IMG/VR virus record: IMGVR_UViG_3300039916_000015
Coordinates: 1 to 46,443 of that record
Origin: a virus
Lineage: Duplodnaviria; Caudoviricetes
Length of the DNA stretch: 46,443 bases
Strand: one strand, 5' to 3'
Shown here: in pieces, positions 8,816-16,185 of the stretch
Numbering within the stretch: the first letter of the stretch is position 1
Layout of the letters: each line of letters opens with the position of its first letter
Made by a program: the position numbers and the translations under genes
The notes under the pieces: generated by a model
The model's input: the letters and a program-made list of their open reading frames with translations, nothing else
Databases searched by the model: none
Told to the model about the DNA's origin: nothing

Positions 8816-9286
8816 TCAGGCGAAGGCGCGCAGGGCCAGGACGGCCGTCGCGATCAGAATGGCGAGGATGAGGAAGCGGCCGCCGGCGCCGTTCGGCCGC
8901 GGATCGAGCGGTCCGCCATTGGGCGGGCGGCGATCCGCCTGGTCGGCGGCGGTATCCAGCCGGAAGGCGGTCATCCAGCCACCGGCGATGCTGTTGTCGG
9001 CGCGCAGGGCGTTTGCGACGGCGCGCGCCTCGGTCGGCGTCAGCAGCCGATCGTAACCGGGCATGACGACAGCGACGCGCATTTCGCGGGCGACGTTGCG
9101 GGCGGCGAGGATGCAGGGGTCGTGGAGGCAGGACGCCTCCAGGGCCAAAACGCAATCCGCGACGCGGTCGACGCCCGGGCGGGCCGATCGGGCCACGACA
9201 GCGTCGACGCGATGCGCCAAGCGCAGGGTTGAACCGAGAGACAGGTGACGAACCGGGTTCGTCGGATAGGGCAGGACATTGGTCAT
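8816..9286 (-). CDS. Hypothetical protein with C-terminal TM segment; first gene of the leftward operon
   Basis: GGGAG RBS upstream; C-terminal FLILAILIATAVLAL. Confidence 0.65.
   Translation of the reverse strand: MTNVLPYPTNPVRHLSLGSTLRLAHRVDAVVARSARPGVDRVADCVLALEASCLHDPCILAARNVAREMRVAVVMPGYDRLLTPTEARAVANALRADNSIAGGWMTAFRLDTAADQADRRPPNGGPLDPRPNGAGGRFLILAILIATAVLALRAFA
9247..9263. repeat. Dispersed palindrome copy 1 (GACGAACCGGGTTCGTC)
   Basis: 8-bp inverted arms around a central G; the core recurs at 12985, 19838, 26309 and 39557. Confidence 0.85.
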
Positions 9287-9382
9287 GGCGCGGACACTCC
9301 CGTGGGTGGGTGTCCGCAGTGACCCGGCTACATCGGAGCCGGTGGCGGAGGGAGAACAACGCCTGTCGCTGCGGACAGGGCG

Positions 9383-9412
9383 AACATAGGCCCGGTAATT
9401 TTACCGCGTCAA
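9383..9412 (-). promoter_or_regulatory. pL-like promoter (TTGACG -35, TATGTT -10)
   Basis: Minus-strand TTGACG-N18-TATGTT with an operator in the spacer. Confidence 0.7.
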
Positions 9413-9434
9413 GCATAAACCGGTATTCTTACCG
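9393..9434. promoter_or_regulatory. OL operators: CGGTAATTTTACCG (9393-9406) and CGGTATTCTTACCG (9421-9434)
   Basis: 14-bp palindromes matching the three sites between cI and cro. Confidence 0.85.
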
Positions 9435-9470
9435 GGTGCGGGTGATGGTGGCTGATGGTCATCTGGGGCT

Positions 9471-9911
9471 ATGGGGCTCTCAGACGGATGGAAAGGTGTG
9501 GCGCAGGCGACGGGGTTGGCCGTTTTGGTCATCGTCGTTGTCGTGGGCGTCGCGATCGCCATTGAGGGGCCTCGCGCCTTCGAATGGCGGACGCCAGAAC
9601 CGACCGTGACCAATGAAACGACGGCGGCATCGGCTCTGGCTGAAAAGGTCCGACGTGGCCCCATCACGGATGCCCAGCACCGCAAGATGGAAGAGGCGCT
9701 GGTGAACCGCTTTCCAAAGGGCAGCAGGGTCGCCGATGGGAATGTGACGTTCTACTTCGACGGCGGCGCCACGGGGTGTGGAATGATCTCGCCTAGAGGA
9801 CAGGCACCCCGGCGTTACATCTATCGAAACGACTTCGTCATGGTCGAGGGCGACCAGTCGGCCTCGGACTTCGCAATGTTCTGGCAGATATGTGAAGCCG
9901 GCGGAGCCTAA
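9471..9911 (+). CDS. Membrane-anchored exported protein in the immunity region
   Basis: N-terminal TM LAVLVIVVVVGVAIAI, two Cys in the C-terminal domain; convergent with cI. Confidence 0.7.
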   Translation: MGLSDGWKGVAQATGLAVLVIVVVVGVAIAIEGPRAFEWRTPEPTVTNETTAASALAEKVRRGPITDAQHRKMEEALVNRFPKGSRVADGNVTFYFDGGATGCGMISPRGQAPRRYIYRNDFVMVEGDQSASDFAMFWQICEAGGA

Positions 9912-10529
9912 TCAGCGCGGCGTCATCCGCTTGACCTTCGCGGCCCACAAGATCTCCTGATCCAGCATCGGGCCTTCCAGGTTGGAAATGAGGTGGAACA
10001 GGCCGTTACTGGCTTGGCGCAACTTCTTCACCACGATCCGACCGTCCGGCAAACCAATCACGCACAGCTCGCCGATAAGGTCTGAAGTGACGGGTGAGCG
10101 CACGTCGTCCCAATAGACGAGCCAGGTGTCGAAGATCGGCCCAAGCGAATCGCCCCGGATCTCGGCCGCCACCGTCTGGGGCGTGCTACCTTCGGGTGCT
10201 GGAACCATGTCGAACGGGCCCTGTCCTGCGTCATACAGCACCGCGACGGCGCCCGCAGAGACGTAGCCAACGACTGGGACAGAATCGGTCGTGGGCTCAA
10301 CAAGCTCGTCTCCAGCCGCCTCCATGAGCCATGCGACGGTCGTTTCCAAAACCGGCGCGAGCGCGGTCAGGGTCTTGGTCGACGCGCCATTTCGAGCGTC
10401 ATTTTTGACCGCGCGCTCCATGTTCCGAATGGCGTCCTCACTCAAGCCCGCCTCAAGCGAGGCGGCGCGCGCCGACTTCCCGAGGGCGTTGAGGCGTTGG
10501 TGAACGCGGGCGACAACTTCTTTCAACAT
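9912..10529 (-). CDS. cI: CI-like repressor (HTH plus S24 autopeptidase)
   Basis: HTH SARAASLEAGLSEDAIRNME; cleavage site VSAG; IRGDSLGP (Ser) and VVKKL (Lys); start ATG 10529 within track ORF 9912..10841. Confidence 0.92.
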   Translation of the reverse strand: MLKEVVARVHQRLNALGKSARAASLEAGLSEDAIRNMERAVKNDARNGASTKTLTALAPVLETTVAWLMEAAGDELVEPTTDSVPVVGYVSAGAVAVLYDAGQGPFDMVPAPEGSTPQTVAAEIRGDSLGPIFDTWLVYWDDVRSPVTSDLIGELCVIGLPDGRIVVKKLRQASNGLFHLISNLEGPMLDQEILWAAKVKRMTPR

Positions 10530-10533
10530 CGTT

Positions 10534-10605
10534 CGGTAATCTGACCGGACACCGGGGTGACGACGACCGGTAAGATAACCGTTGACGGGTGCGGTAAAAT
10601 TACCG
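10534..10605. promoter_or_regulatory. OR operators: CGGTAATCTGACCG (10534-10547), CGGTAAGATAACCG (10568-10581), CGGTAAAATTACCG (10592-10605); pR -35 TTGACG at 10582-10587
   Basis: Three related palindromes between divergent cI and cro, lambda-like layout. Confidence 0.85.
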
Positions 10606-10616
10606 ATCAATGGGGC

Positions 10617-10946
10617 ATGGATTTCATCGCATCCCTTATCCGGGCCGCCGAAGCGTTTCGCGAGGCCACCGGACTCGAGCGAACAACTGTCAGCTGGCGG
10701 TTGTTCGGCGATAGCAAGAAGCTCGACGCCTTGATCGCGGGGAGCGACATCCAGGTCCGCCGCTATGAGGGGGCCATGGCCTGGCTGTCCGGCAACTGGC
10801 CGGAGGCCGTCGATTGGCCGGAAGGTGTGGTTCGTCCGCATGGAGGTGGCCCGCTGTCGTCTGATGACGAGGTTGTGGCGCCGGGCGCGGATGGTGGCGC
10901 CGAGAAAAGCTTGGCCGTTTTCTCCCCGGCGGAGGATGCGGCATGA
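10617..10946 (+). CDS. Cro-like regulator
   Basis: Divergent from cI; TVSWRLFGDSKKL...AMAWLSGNWPEAVDWP pattern typical of alphaproteobacterial prophage Cro-like proteins. Confidence 0.75.
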   Translation: MDFIASLIRAAEAFREATGLERTTVSWRLFGDSKKLDALIAGSDIQVRRYEGAMAWLSGNWPEAVDWPEGVVRPHGGGPLSSDDEVVAPGADGGAEKSLAVFSPAEDAA

Positions 10947-11410
10947 GCGGCGTTGAACCCAACCGCTGGCTGAAGCTGAAAACGAAGCTGCTGATCAAGG
11001 CCTGCGGCGGACTTGAGGAGGCCTCAGCCGCCTGCGCAGCGTCTTGCCGGCCGTATTCGGTGCCGCATCTGTCGCGGTGCCAGCGTCCCGATACGCCCGA
11101 CTTCCTGCCGATCGACATCGTCCTGTGCCTAGAAGCCTATTGCGGCGAACCGATCGTCACCGCCGCCATGGCCGAGGCCCGTCCGGCCGGGGACGCAGTC
11201 GGCTGCTTGCGCGACGAGGTCGCCGATTTCATCGAGCGCGGCGGCGACGTTTCCAAGGCGGTTCGGGCTGCCTTCGCCGACGGGGTGATCGACCCGCGCG
11301 AAGGCGCCGAGATCGGCGTGATGCTGGATGCCGCCTTCCAGGATTTGCATCAGGCGCGCCAAGCCTTGGCGGACGCCATGCGGCCGAAGGATGCGGCGGC
11401 GGCGCGATGA
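10943..11410 (+). CDS. CII-like phage regulatory protein
   Basis: Position after cro; FLPIDIVLCLE and AFADGVIDPRE motifs. Confidence 0.65.
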   Translation: MSGVEPNRWLKLKTKLLIKACGGLEEASAACAASCRPYSVPHLSRCQRPDTPDFLPIDIVLCLEAYCGEPIVTAAMAEARPAGDAVGCLRDEVADFIERGGDVSKAVRAAFADGVIDPREGAEIGVMLDAAFQDLHQARQALADAMRPKDAAAAR

Positions 11411-11649
11411 GGGACAATAGCTTCCACACCGGCCTGGGTCTTTGCCCGACGACGCCGACGAAGGACATGGCGGCCTTTGACGCCCTGCCGCCGATGGTGC
11501 GGGCGCGATTGCGCGAAGCCCCGATCAAGGTCGCCAGCGAGCCGCTGTTGAGGTTCTGGCGATCGGACGTCGGCGACGCGTCGACGCGCCATGCCGCCCT
11601 GATCGACGGGCTGGATCGCAAGCTGGGTCAGATGGGAGCGGCGGCATGA
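11407..11649 (+). CDS. Hypothetical protein (DUF6525-like)
   Basis: MAAFDALPPMVRARL motif; ATGA coupling at both ends. Confidence 0.6.
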   Translation: MRDNSFHTGLGLCPTTPTKDMAAFDALPPMVRARLREAPIKVASEPLLRFWRSDVGDASTRHAALIDGLDRKLGQMGAAA

Positions 11650-12095
11650 CGCGGGCGGATTTCGTGGATGCGAACTTCGTCGCCTCCAAGCGGGCGATGC
11701 GCGCGAGTTGGAGCGCGATCGCCGCGATGACTGGATGTTCGGAGATCGAGCTGCGGAAGAAGTTCGATCCCGGGCTGACGATCCAGGTTCCCTCGACGGT
11801 TTCGCCCCTCTCGCCGCGCATGAAGGCCGAGCGCGCCTTGATCCAGGCGGGCCTCGGCCGTGACGCCGCAGTCGTGGTCGCGCGCCTGTGGCATGCCGGC
11901 GGCGCCATCGTCGGCAGCGAGCAGTTGGCGCGCGGGATCGCCGGCGGCGGTGCGGCGCGAGACGTCTGCAAGGCGGCGCGCGACGATGCGAAACGGAGGC
12001 TGGGTCTGACGTTTTGCGTCAAGGGCTTCGGCCTGACGCCGGGCGACCTGGTCGCGGTGTCTCGGATGATCGACGCCTGGGAGGCCGAGCAGTGA
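11646..12095 (+). CDS. Hypothetical protein, possible DNA-binding (HTH-like segments)
   Basis: Coupled ATGA start; WSAIAAMTGCSEIELRK HTH-like. Confidence 0.6.
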   Translation: MTRADFVDANFVASKRAMRASWSAIAAMTGCSEIELRKKFDPGLTIQVPSTVSPLSPRMKAERALIQAGLGRDAAVVVARLWHAGGAIVGSEQLARGIAGGGAARDVCKAARDDAKRRLGLTFCVKGFGLTPGDLVAVSRMIDAWEAEQ

Positions 12096-12493
12096 ACCGG
12101 CGCCCCGGCAAATCGCATGCGCGGCCGGCCGGGGTGAAGAGCCGGGCCGATTGGCGTGGTCTGGTCGAGCTGGCCAAGGCCTGCGCCGACGATGCGGCCG
12201 AAGAGGCGTGCGGGCAGGATGCGGAACTGCGGCTGGCGACCCTGGGCAACCGGGTCAACGCCGCCTCGACCGAGGTGTTCGCGCGCGAAGCCGGGGCGGC
12301 GACCACGGATGCGGCGAAGGCCTTCGTCCTGACCGCCAAGGCCTTTGCGAGGCGGGAAACGCCCGGCGAGGTGCGGCAACGTCTCGCGTCCTCGGTCGCG
12401 GACCTATCGATGTTTTTGGATCAGCAGCTGACCGGCCTGGCGGACCGGGATTTTCGACAGGCCCATCGCGGCCGACCGGAGGTGTGGGGATGA
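12092..12493 (+). CDS. Hypothetical phage protein
   Basis: GTG start overlapping the upstream TGA; 3' part of track ORF 11888..12493. Confidence 0.6.
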   Translation: MNRRPGKSHARPAGVKSRADWRGLVELAKACADDAAEEACGQDAELRLATLGNRVNAASTEVFAREAGAATTDAAKAFVLTAKAFARRETPGEVRQRLASSVADLSMFLDQQLTGLADRDFRQAHRGRPEVWG

Positions 12494-12530
12494 GCACGAT
12501 TCTTGATGGCGCTATCGGCCGGTGGCCTAC

Positions 12531-13184
12531 ATGAGCGCCGGTGGATTTACCGCCGGCCATGTGGCGCTGGCGGTCGTGGCGGCGTGTCGGATGACGGGGG
12601 CCGATCCTCAGGGCGTTTTCGGCCCGGCGCGCGGCAACAAGCGGGTTCGGTTGATTGCGGCGGCCGGGTTGATGTCGGCGCTGAAGCTGAAACCAAAGGA
12701 TGTCGCCACCGTCTTCCAGGTCGATGCGACCCGGCTTGCCCCCTCGATGCTGCGCAGTGCGGACATCGAGGCGGACCAGCTGCTGACCATCGCGGAGGCG
12801 CTGCGCGGCGGCGGTTTGCTGGACGACGCGCGCCCACAGGAGAAGGCGGCGGACGCGGATGCGTCGGCGCGTAAGCCCTCGCCGGTTCAGACGCGCCCTC
12901 ATCGCCCAGCGGATCCGCCGCCTGCGACTATGCCGGCTTCGCCTGTCATCCCGCGTGATCCCGACCGGCTCCGCCCTGTCGCGGCGAACCCGGTTCGTTC
13001 GCGGCCGTCGCCGGCGCGATCGAGCGCGGTCGAAACGCTGAAGGCCGTTAGCGACAATATCGTCCGATGGTCGCGGATCTACGTCTCGCGCGGCGTGCCC
13101 ATCGGCGACCTAGCCGACCTGTTCGACGTCGATGTCGAGGCGCTTGCGGATCGTCTGAAACCCGAACTGGCGAGGGCGGCATGA
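12531..13184 (+). CDS. Two-HTH protein; N-terminal domain resembles DnaA domain IV
   Basis: VVAACRMTGADPQGVFGPARGNKRVRLIAAAGL...KDVATVFQVD; Pro-rich linker; C-terminal HTH VPIGDLADLFDVD. Confidence 0.55.
   Translation: MSAGGFTAGHVALAVVAACRMTGADPQGVFGPARGNKRVRLIAAAGLMSALKLKPKDVATVFQVDATRLAPSMLRSADIEADQLLTIAEALRGGGLLDDARPQEKAADADASARKPSPVQTRPHRPADPPPATMPASPVIPRDPDRLRPVAANPVRSRPSPARSSAVETLKAVSDNIVRWSRIYVSRGVPIGDLADLFDVDVEALADRLKPELARAA
12985..12997. repeat. Dispersed palindrome copy 2 (CGAACCCGGTTCG)
   Basis: Exact 13-bp core, in the Pro-rich linker of 12531..13184. Confidence 0.8.
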
Positions 13185-13891
13185 GCGCGTCAGAACGCGG
13201 CCTGATCTCGGCGGCTAAAGAGGTCATCGCCATCCTCCGCTCCGATGATCCGCTTTCGGTTCAAGAAGGCGCGCTGGAGCGGCTCGAGGCTGCAACGGAG
13301 CAAGAACCGGCGGTTTTGGACGAAGGGGCGGCGGGGGAGCGCGACAATGAGCCCCTGAAGACTGACGACACAGGCTGCGTCACCAAACGGTTCGTCATCT
13401 TCAACCGGCCGGGCATGGCTCCAGAGAAGAAGGGCGGTTGGCTGAAGGATGAGTATCTCATCGACTTTCTGCGCGAGTCCATGCTGCTCGATTGCTGGAC
13501 GCCCGGCTTCAGGGCCACGGTCCTGGAGCTGACTTGGGACAACGACCTATGGGCGTCGTCAGCATCCGAATATCTGTCCATGCACGACCACGCCATCGGC
13601 CCAAGGCGCGCCCAAAAGGCATGGCGTGAAGCGCGGGATAAGCACGAGCGCATCTACAAAACCCCGCCATCGATGCCTCTTGGGCAGGAGATCGCGACCT
13701 ACCACGTCCGCACTGCGCCATCTTCGGTGCCCCCCGCCGATGAAGACAGAGTGCGGTCGGAGATCAAGGCGTGGACCGACACGCAGTTTCCAAAGTCGTG
13801 CCGGGTCGGTTCTTCGAAATGGGTTGATGGCCTGACCCGTCGTGTCTTCGCCGCCCTAAAATCGACTTACGACGGGCAGGCCAAGCCATGA
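13181..13891 (+). CDS. Hypothetical protein (lower GC, mosaic insertion)
   Basis: ATGA-coupled at both ends; more A/T-ending codons than its neighbours. Confidence 0.6.
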   Translation: MSASERGLISAAKEVIAILRSDDPLSVQEGALERLEAATEQEPAVLDEGAAGERDNEPLKTDDTGCVTKRFVIFNRPGMAPEKKGGWLKDEYLIDFLRESMLLDCWTPGFRATVLELTWDNDLWASSASEYLSMHDHAIGPRRAQKAWREARDKHERIYKTPPSMPLGQEIATYHVRTAPSSVPPADEDRVRSEIKAWTDTQFPKSCRVGSSKWVDGLTRRVFAALKSTYDGQAKP

Positions 13892-14238
13892 CCGCCGACA
13901 TCGTCAACTTCCCCGCTCGCCCGGCCGGCGAGCCTGTCAGCGTGCGCCGCGTCGCCGCCGTCGGCGACATCGTCGTCGTGTGTCTGAATGCGACCGTCGG
14001 CCTATGGGCGGCTTGGCCCGTGGCCGTCGTCGATGATGACGGAGTGGTGCTGGGCGTCACCAGTCGCGCCGGAAAAATGCTGGGCGTCGATCGGCTGAAC
14101 TGCGCGGCTGAGGTGCTGGCCTTCCGCGCAGACGAGCATGACCCCGAGGGCTTCGCCGCAATCCGGTGGCGGACCTGGTCCGACATGGGCGAGGCCGTGA
14201 TCGCCTTCGCCGAGATCGCGAGGCCCGAAAATGTGTGA
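13888..14238 (+). CDS. Hypothetical phage protein
   Basis: Coupled start; beta-rich 116 aa. Confidence 0.65.
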   Translation: MTADIVNFPARPAGEPVSVRRVAAVGDIVVVCLNATVGLWAAWPVAVVDDDGVVLGVTSRAGKMLGVDRLNCAAEVLAFRADEHDPEGFAAIRWRTWSDMGEAVIAFAEIARPENV

Positions 14239-14653
14239 TCGTTGCGGGCTGCTCGCGGCCGAGAACGCCCAGTTGAAGGATGAGCTGGCCGAATGGCGGC
14301 GGCAGGGGCGTGAGAACGCCAGCATCGTCGTCCAGGGCGAGGTGCGGATACGCTGGGCCAAGGCGTTGAACCTGCCGCCATTGTTGGTCCAGGGGGCGAT
14401 CCTGCTCGCCGAGCGAGAAGATCGTCTAGTCCGCGCGGATACCATCGCCAGCGCCTGTTGCCTCGACTTCGAGCAGCTGACCGATCCCGGATCCAGCGCC
14501 AAGGTGTGTGTCCACAAACTCCGTCGCGCCATGACGGCAGCGGGCATCGCTGGTCGGATCGAGACGGTGTGGGGCGAAGGCTATCGCATGTCGGCGGCGA
14601 CGGCGGCGGAGCTGCGCCAGCATGTCGATCACGAGGTGCGCCATGCCGCGTGA
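14231..14653 (+). CDS. Receiver-less OmpR/CtrA-type winged-helix DNA-binding protein
   Basis: KVCVHKLRRAM...IETVWGEGY (Trans_reg_C signature); N-terminal CxxC plus coiled coil. Confidence 0.75.
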   Translation: MCDRCGLLAAENAQLKDELAEWRRQGRENASIVVQGEVRIRWAKALNLPPLLVQGAILLAEREDRLVRADTIASACCLDFEQLTDPGSSAKVCVHKLRRAMTAAGIAGRIETVWGEGYRMSAATAAELRQHVDHEVRHAA

Positions 14654-14873
14654 TCTGTTCGGCGAGACGCCGAAGCTTGAGTCGAAGGCCGGCGAGGTGG
14701 CGCTGGCGATGGTGCTGCACGACCAGACCGACAAGGCCTGGCTGCTGGCCGAGACCATCGATCGGCGCGAGGCGCAGTGGGCGCCCAAGTCGCAGGCGAA
14801 ACGCGGCGAGGGCCGCGACGAGAACATCTGGACCATGCCGATTTGGCTGGCCCAGGAACGGGGGTGGATGTGA
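14643..14873 (+). CDS. Hypothetical phage protein
   Basis: TDKAWLL...WAPKSQ...MPIWLAQERG pattern seen in small phage proteins. Confidence 0.7.
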   Translation: MPRDLFGETPKLESKAGEVALAMVLHDQTDKAWLLAETIDRREAQWAPKSQAKRGEGRDENIWTMPIWLAQERGWM

Positions 14874-15211
14874 GTAAGCTTGGGGAGGCCGGCGCGTATG
14901 AGGCGGCCTTGAACCTGCTGCGCGAGCAGCTGAGGGCGGTGGCGGACGTGCGTCGCCAGATCGCCAGCGATGAGGCGTTGCGGGCCGAGGATCCGAAGCA
15001 CCAGCATGCGCTGATGGTGCAGACGCTGAATGAGATGGGGCAGCTCGGACGGGCGATCAGTACGTTGGAAGCCGTCGAAGCCGGACGCATCGTCGTCGCG
15101 CCGGAGACGGTGCTGCGACCCCGTGTGGCGGCGGCTGACCTGCCGCCGCTTGAGCGGACCAGCGGCTTGGCGCTGAAGACGTCCAGTGCGCCGTTGGGGC
15201 CTCTGACATGA
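14870..15211 (+). CDS. Hypothetical phage protein
   Basis: GTGA-coupled start, ATGA-coupled end. Confidence 0.6.
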   Translation: MSKLGEAGAYEAALNLLREQLRAVADVRRQIASDEALRAEDPKHQHALMVQTLNEMGQLGRAISTLEAVEAGRIVVAPETVLRPRVAAADLPPLERTSGLALKTSSAPLGPLT

Positions 15212-16185
15212 GCGACGTGGCGGTGACCTGGGCCAAGGCGCAGGAGTGCGTAGACGAGGCCGGGCGGAAGGATCGCAACGCCAAACAGACGCTGGTGCAC
15301 CTGGCGTCCTACGTGGATGCGCTGGGCGTGGGCTGGGCCTCGGTGCCCGTCCTGGCCATGGAGATGGATGTCTCGGAGCGGTCGGTGCAGCGCGGCCTGC
15401 GGGCGCTGGAAGCCATGTCGTTGATCAAGGCGACCGGCGAGAAGAAGAATATGGAGGGGCGTCTCTACCCCTACTATCAGCTGCCGCTCGAGACGGGACA
15501 CGCCAGCACGGCGCGTCGTCGCAAGGCCGAGCGGGCGGCGGCGCGGGGTGACAGGGTGTCACCCCAAGGCGGCGAAAATCCGGGGTCGCCGGGTGACACT
15601 GTGTCACCCCAAGATGTCGCATCTGTCACCCCGCGGGGTGACACGGGTGTCACCCAAATAGGGAAGGGAATTACTCAAGGGTTTAAACCCTCCGCGAGCG
15701 TGCGCGCGAGCGAGGCCGCTGGGAAGGCTTGGGCCGTGAAGGCGCCGGAGCGGGTCGCCCCGCCACGGGTCGAGGCGTCTTGGCTCAACGCCGTCGAGCG
15801 CAGCCGTGAGACCGACGACCGGATGCTGAGCGCGGTCCGGGCCTGCGTCGCCCGTGATCCCGACTTCGGCCGGGGCAAGGCGATGAACCTGGACCGCTGG
15901 CTGGATGAGGATCGGTTCATGGCCTGGCTGCCGGACGATGGGGCGTTGGCCCAGGCGCCAGTCGTCTCGGGCTGGGCCGGACCGGCGAACGTCAGGGCGG
16001 CCGTCATGGATGCGATGGGGGAGGCGGGCGTCGTCAGCTACCTCAACCATGCGAGCTGGGACGATGGGCTTGGCGCGATCGTGGCGGCGACGAAGATCGC
16101 GGCCGGTCGGCTGACGGACGGAGCGGGCTCGGCGCTGAGGGCGCTGGGCGTCAAGGTCATCGCAGGGGGTGCGGCGCGTGGGTAA
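15208..16185 (+). CDS. Replication initiator (lambda O-like, N-terminal wHTH)
   Basis: LVHLASY...WASVPVLAMEMDVSERSVQRGLRALE HTH; internal iterons. Confidence 0.85.
   Translation: MSDVAVTWAKAQECVDEAGRKDRNAKQTLVHLASYVDALGVGWASVPVLAMEMDVSERSVQRGLRALEAMSLIKATGEKKNMEGRLYPYYQLPLETGHASTARRRKAERAAARGDRVSPQGGENPGSPGDTVSPQDVASVTPRGDTGVTQIGKGITQGFKPSASVRASEAAGKAWAVKAPERVAPPRVEASWLNAVERSRETDDRMLSAVRACVARDPDFGRGKAMNLDRWLDEDRFMAWLPDDGALAQAPVVSGWAGPANVRAAVMDAMGEAGVVSYLNHASWDDGLGAIVAATKIAAGRLTDGAGSALRALGVKVIAGGAARG
15545..15690. promoter_or_regulatory. Replication origin: palindromic GGGTGACA-Nn-TGTCACCC iterons plus AT-rich segment
   Basis: Palindromes at 15545-15565, 15591-15609, 15624-15643, 15636-15655, then AAATAGGGAAGGGAATTACTCAAGGGTTTAAACCCT. 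Confidence 0.8.

Noticed and set aside
9249-9261. Palindrome read as an SOS box
   Set aside because: Spacing is GAAC-N3-GTTC, not the Gram-positive N4 box or the alphaproteobacterial GTTC-N7-GTTC direct repeat, and most copies are intragenic
10530-10841. N-terminal extension of cI in the ORF track
   Set aside because: Would overlap the OR operators and cro; the HTH begins after ATG 10529
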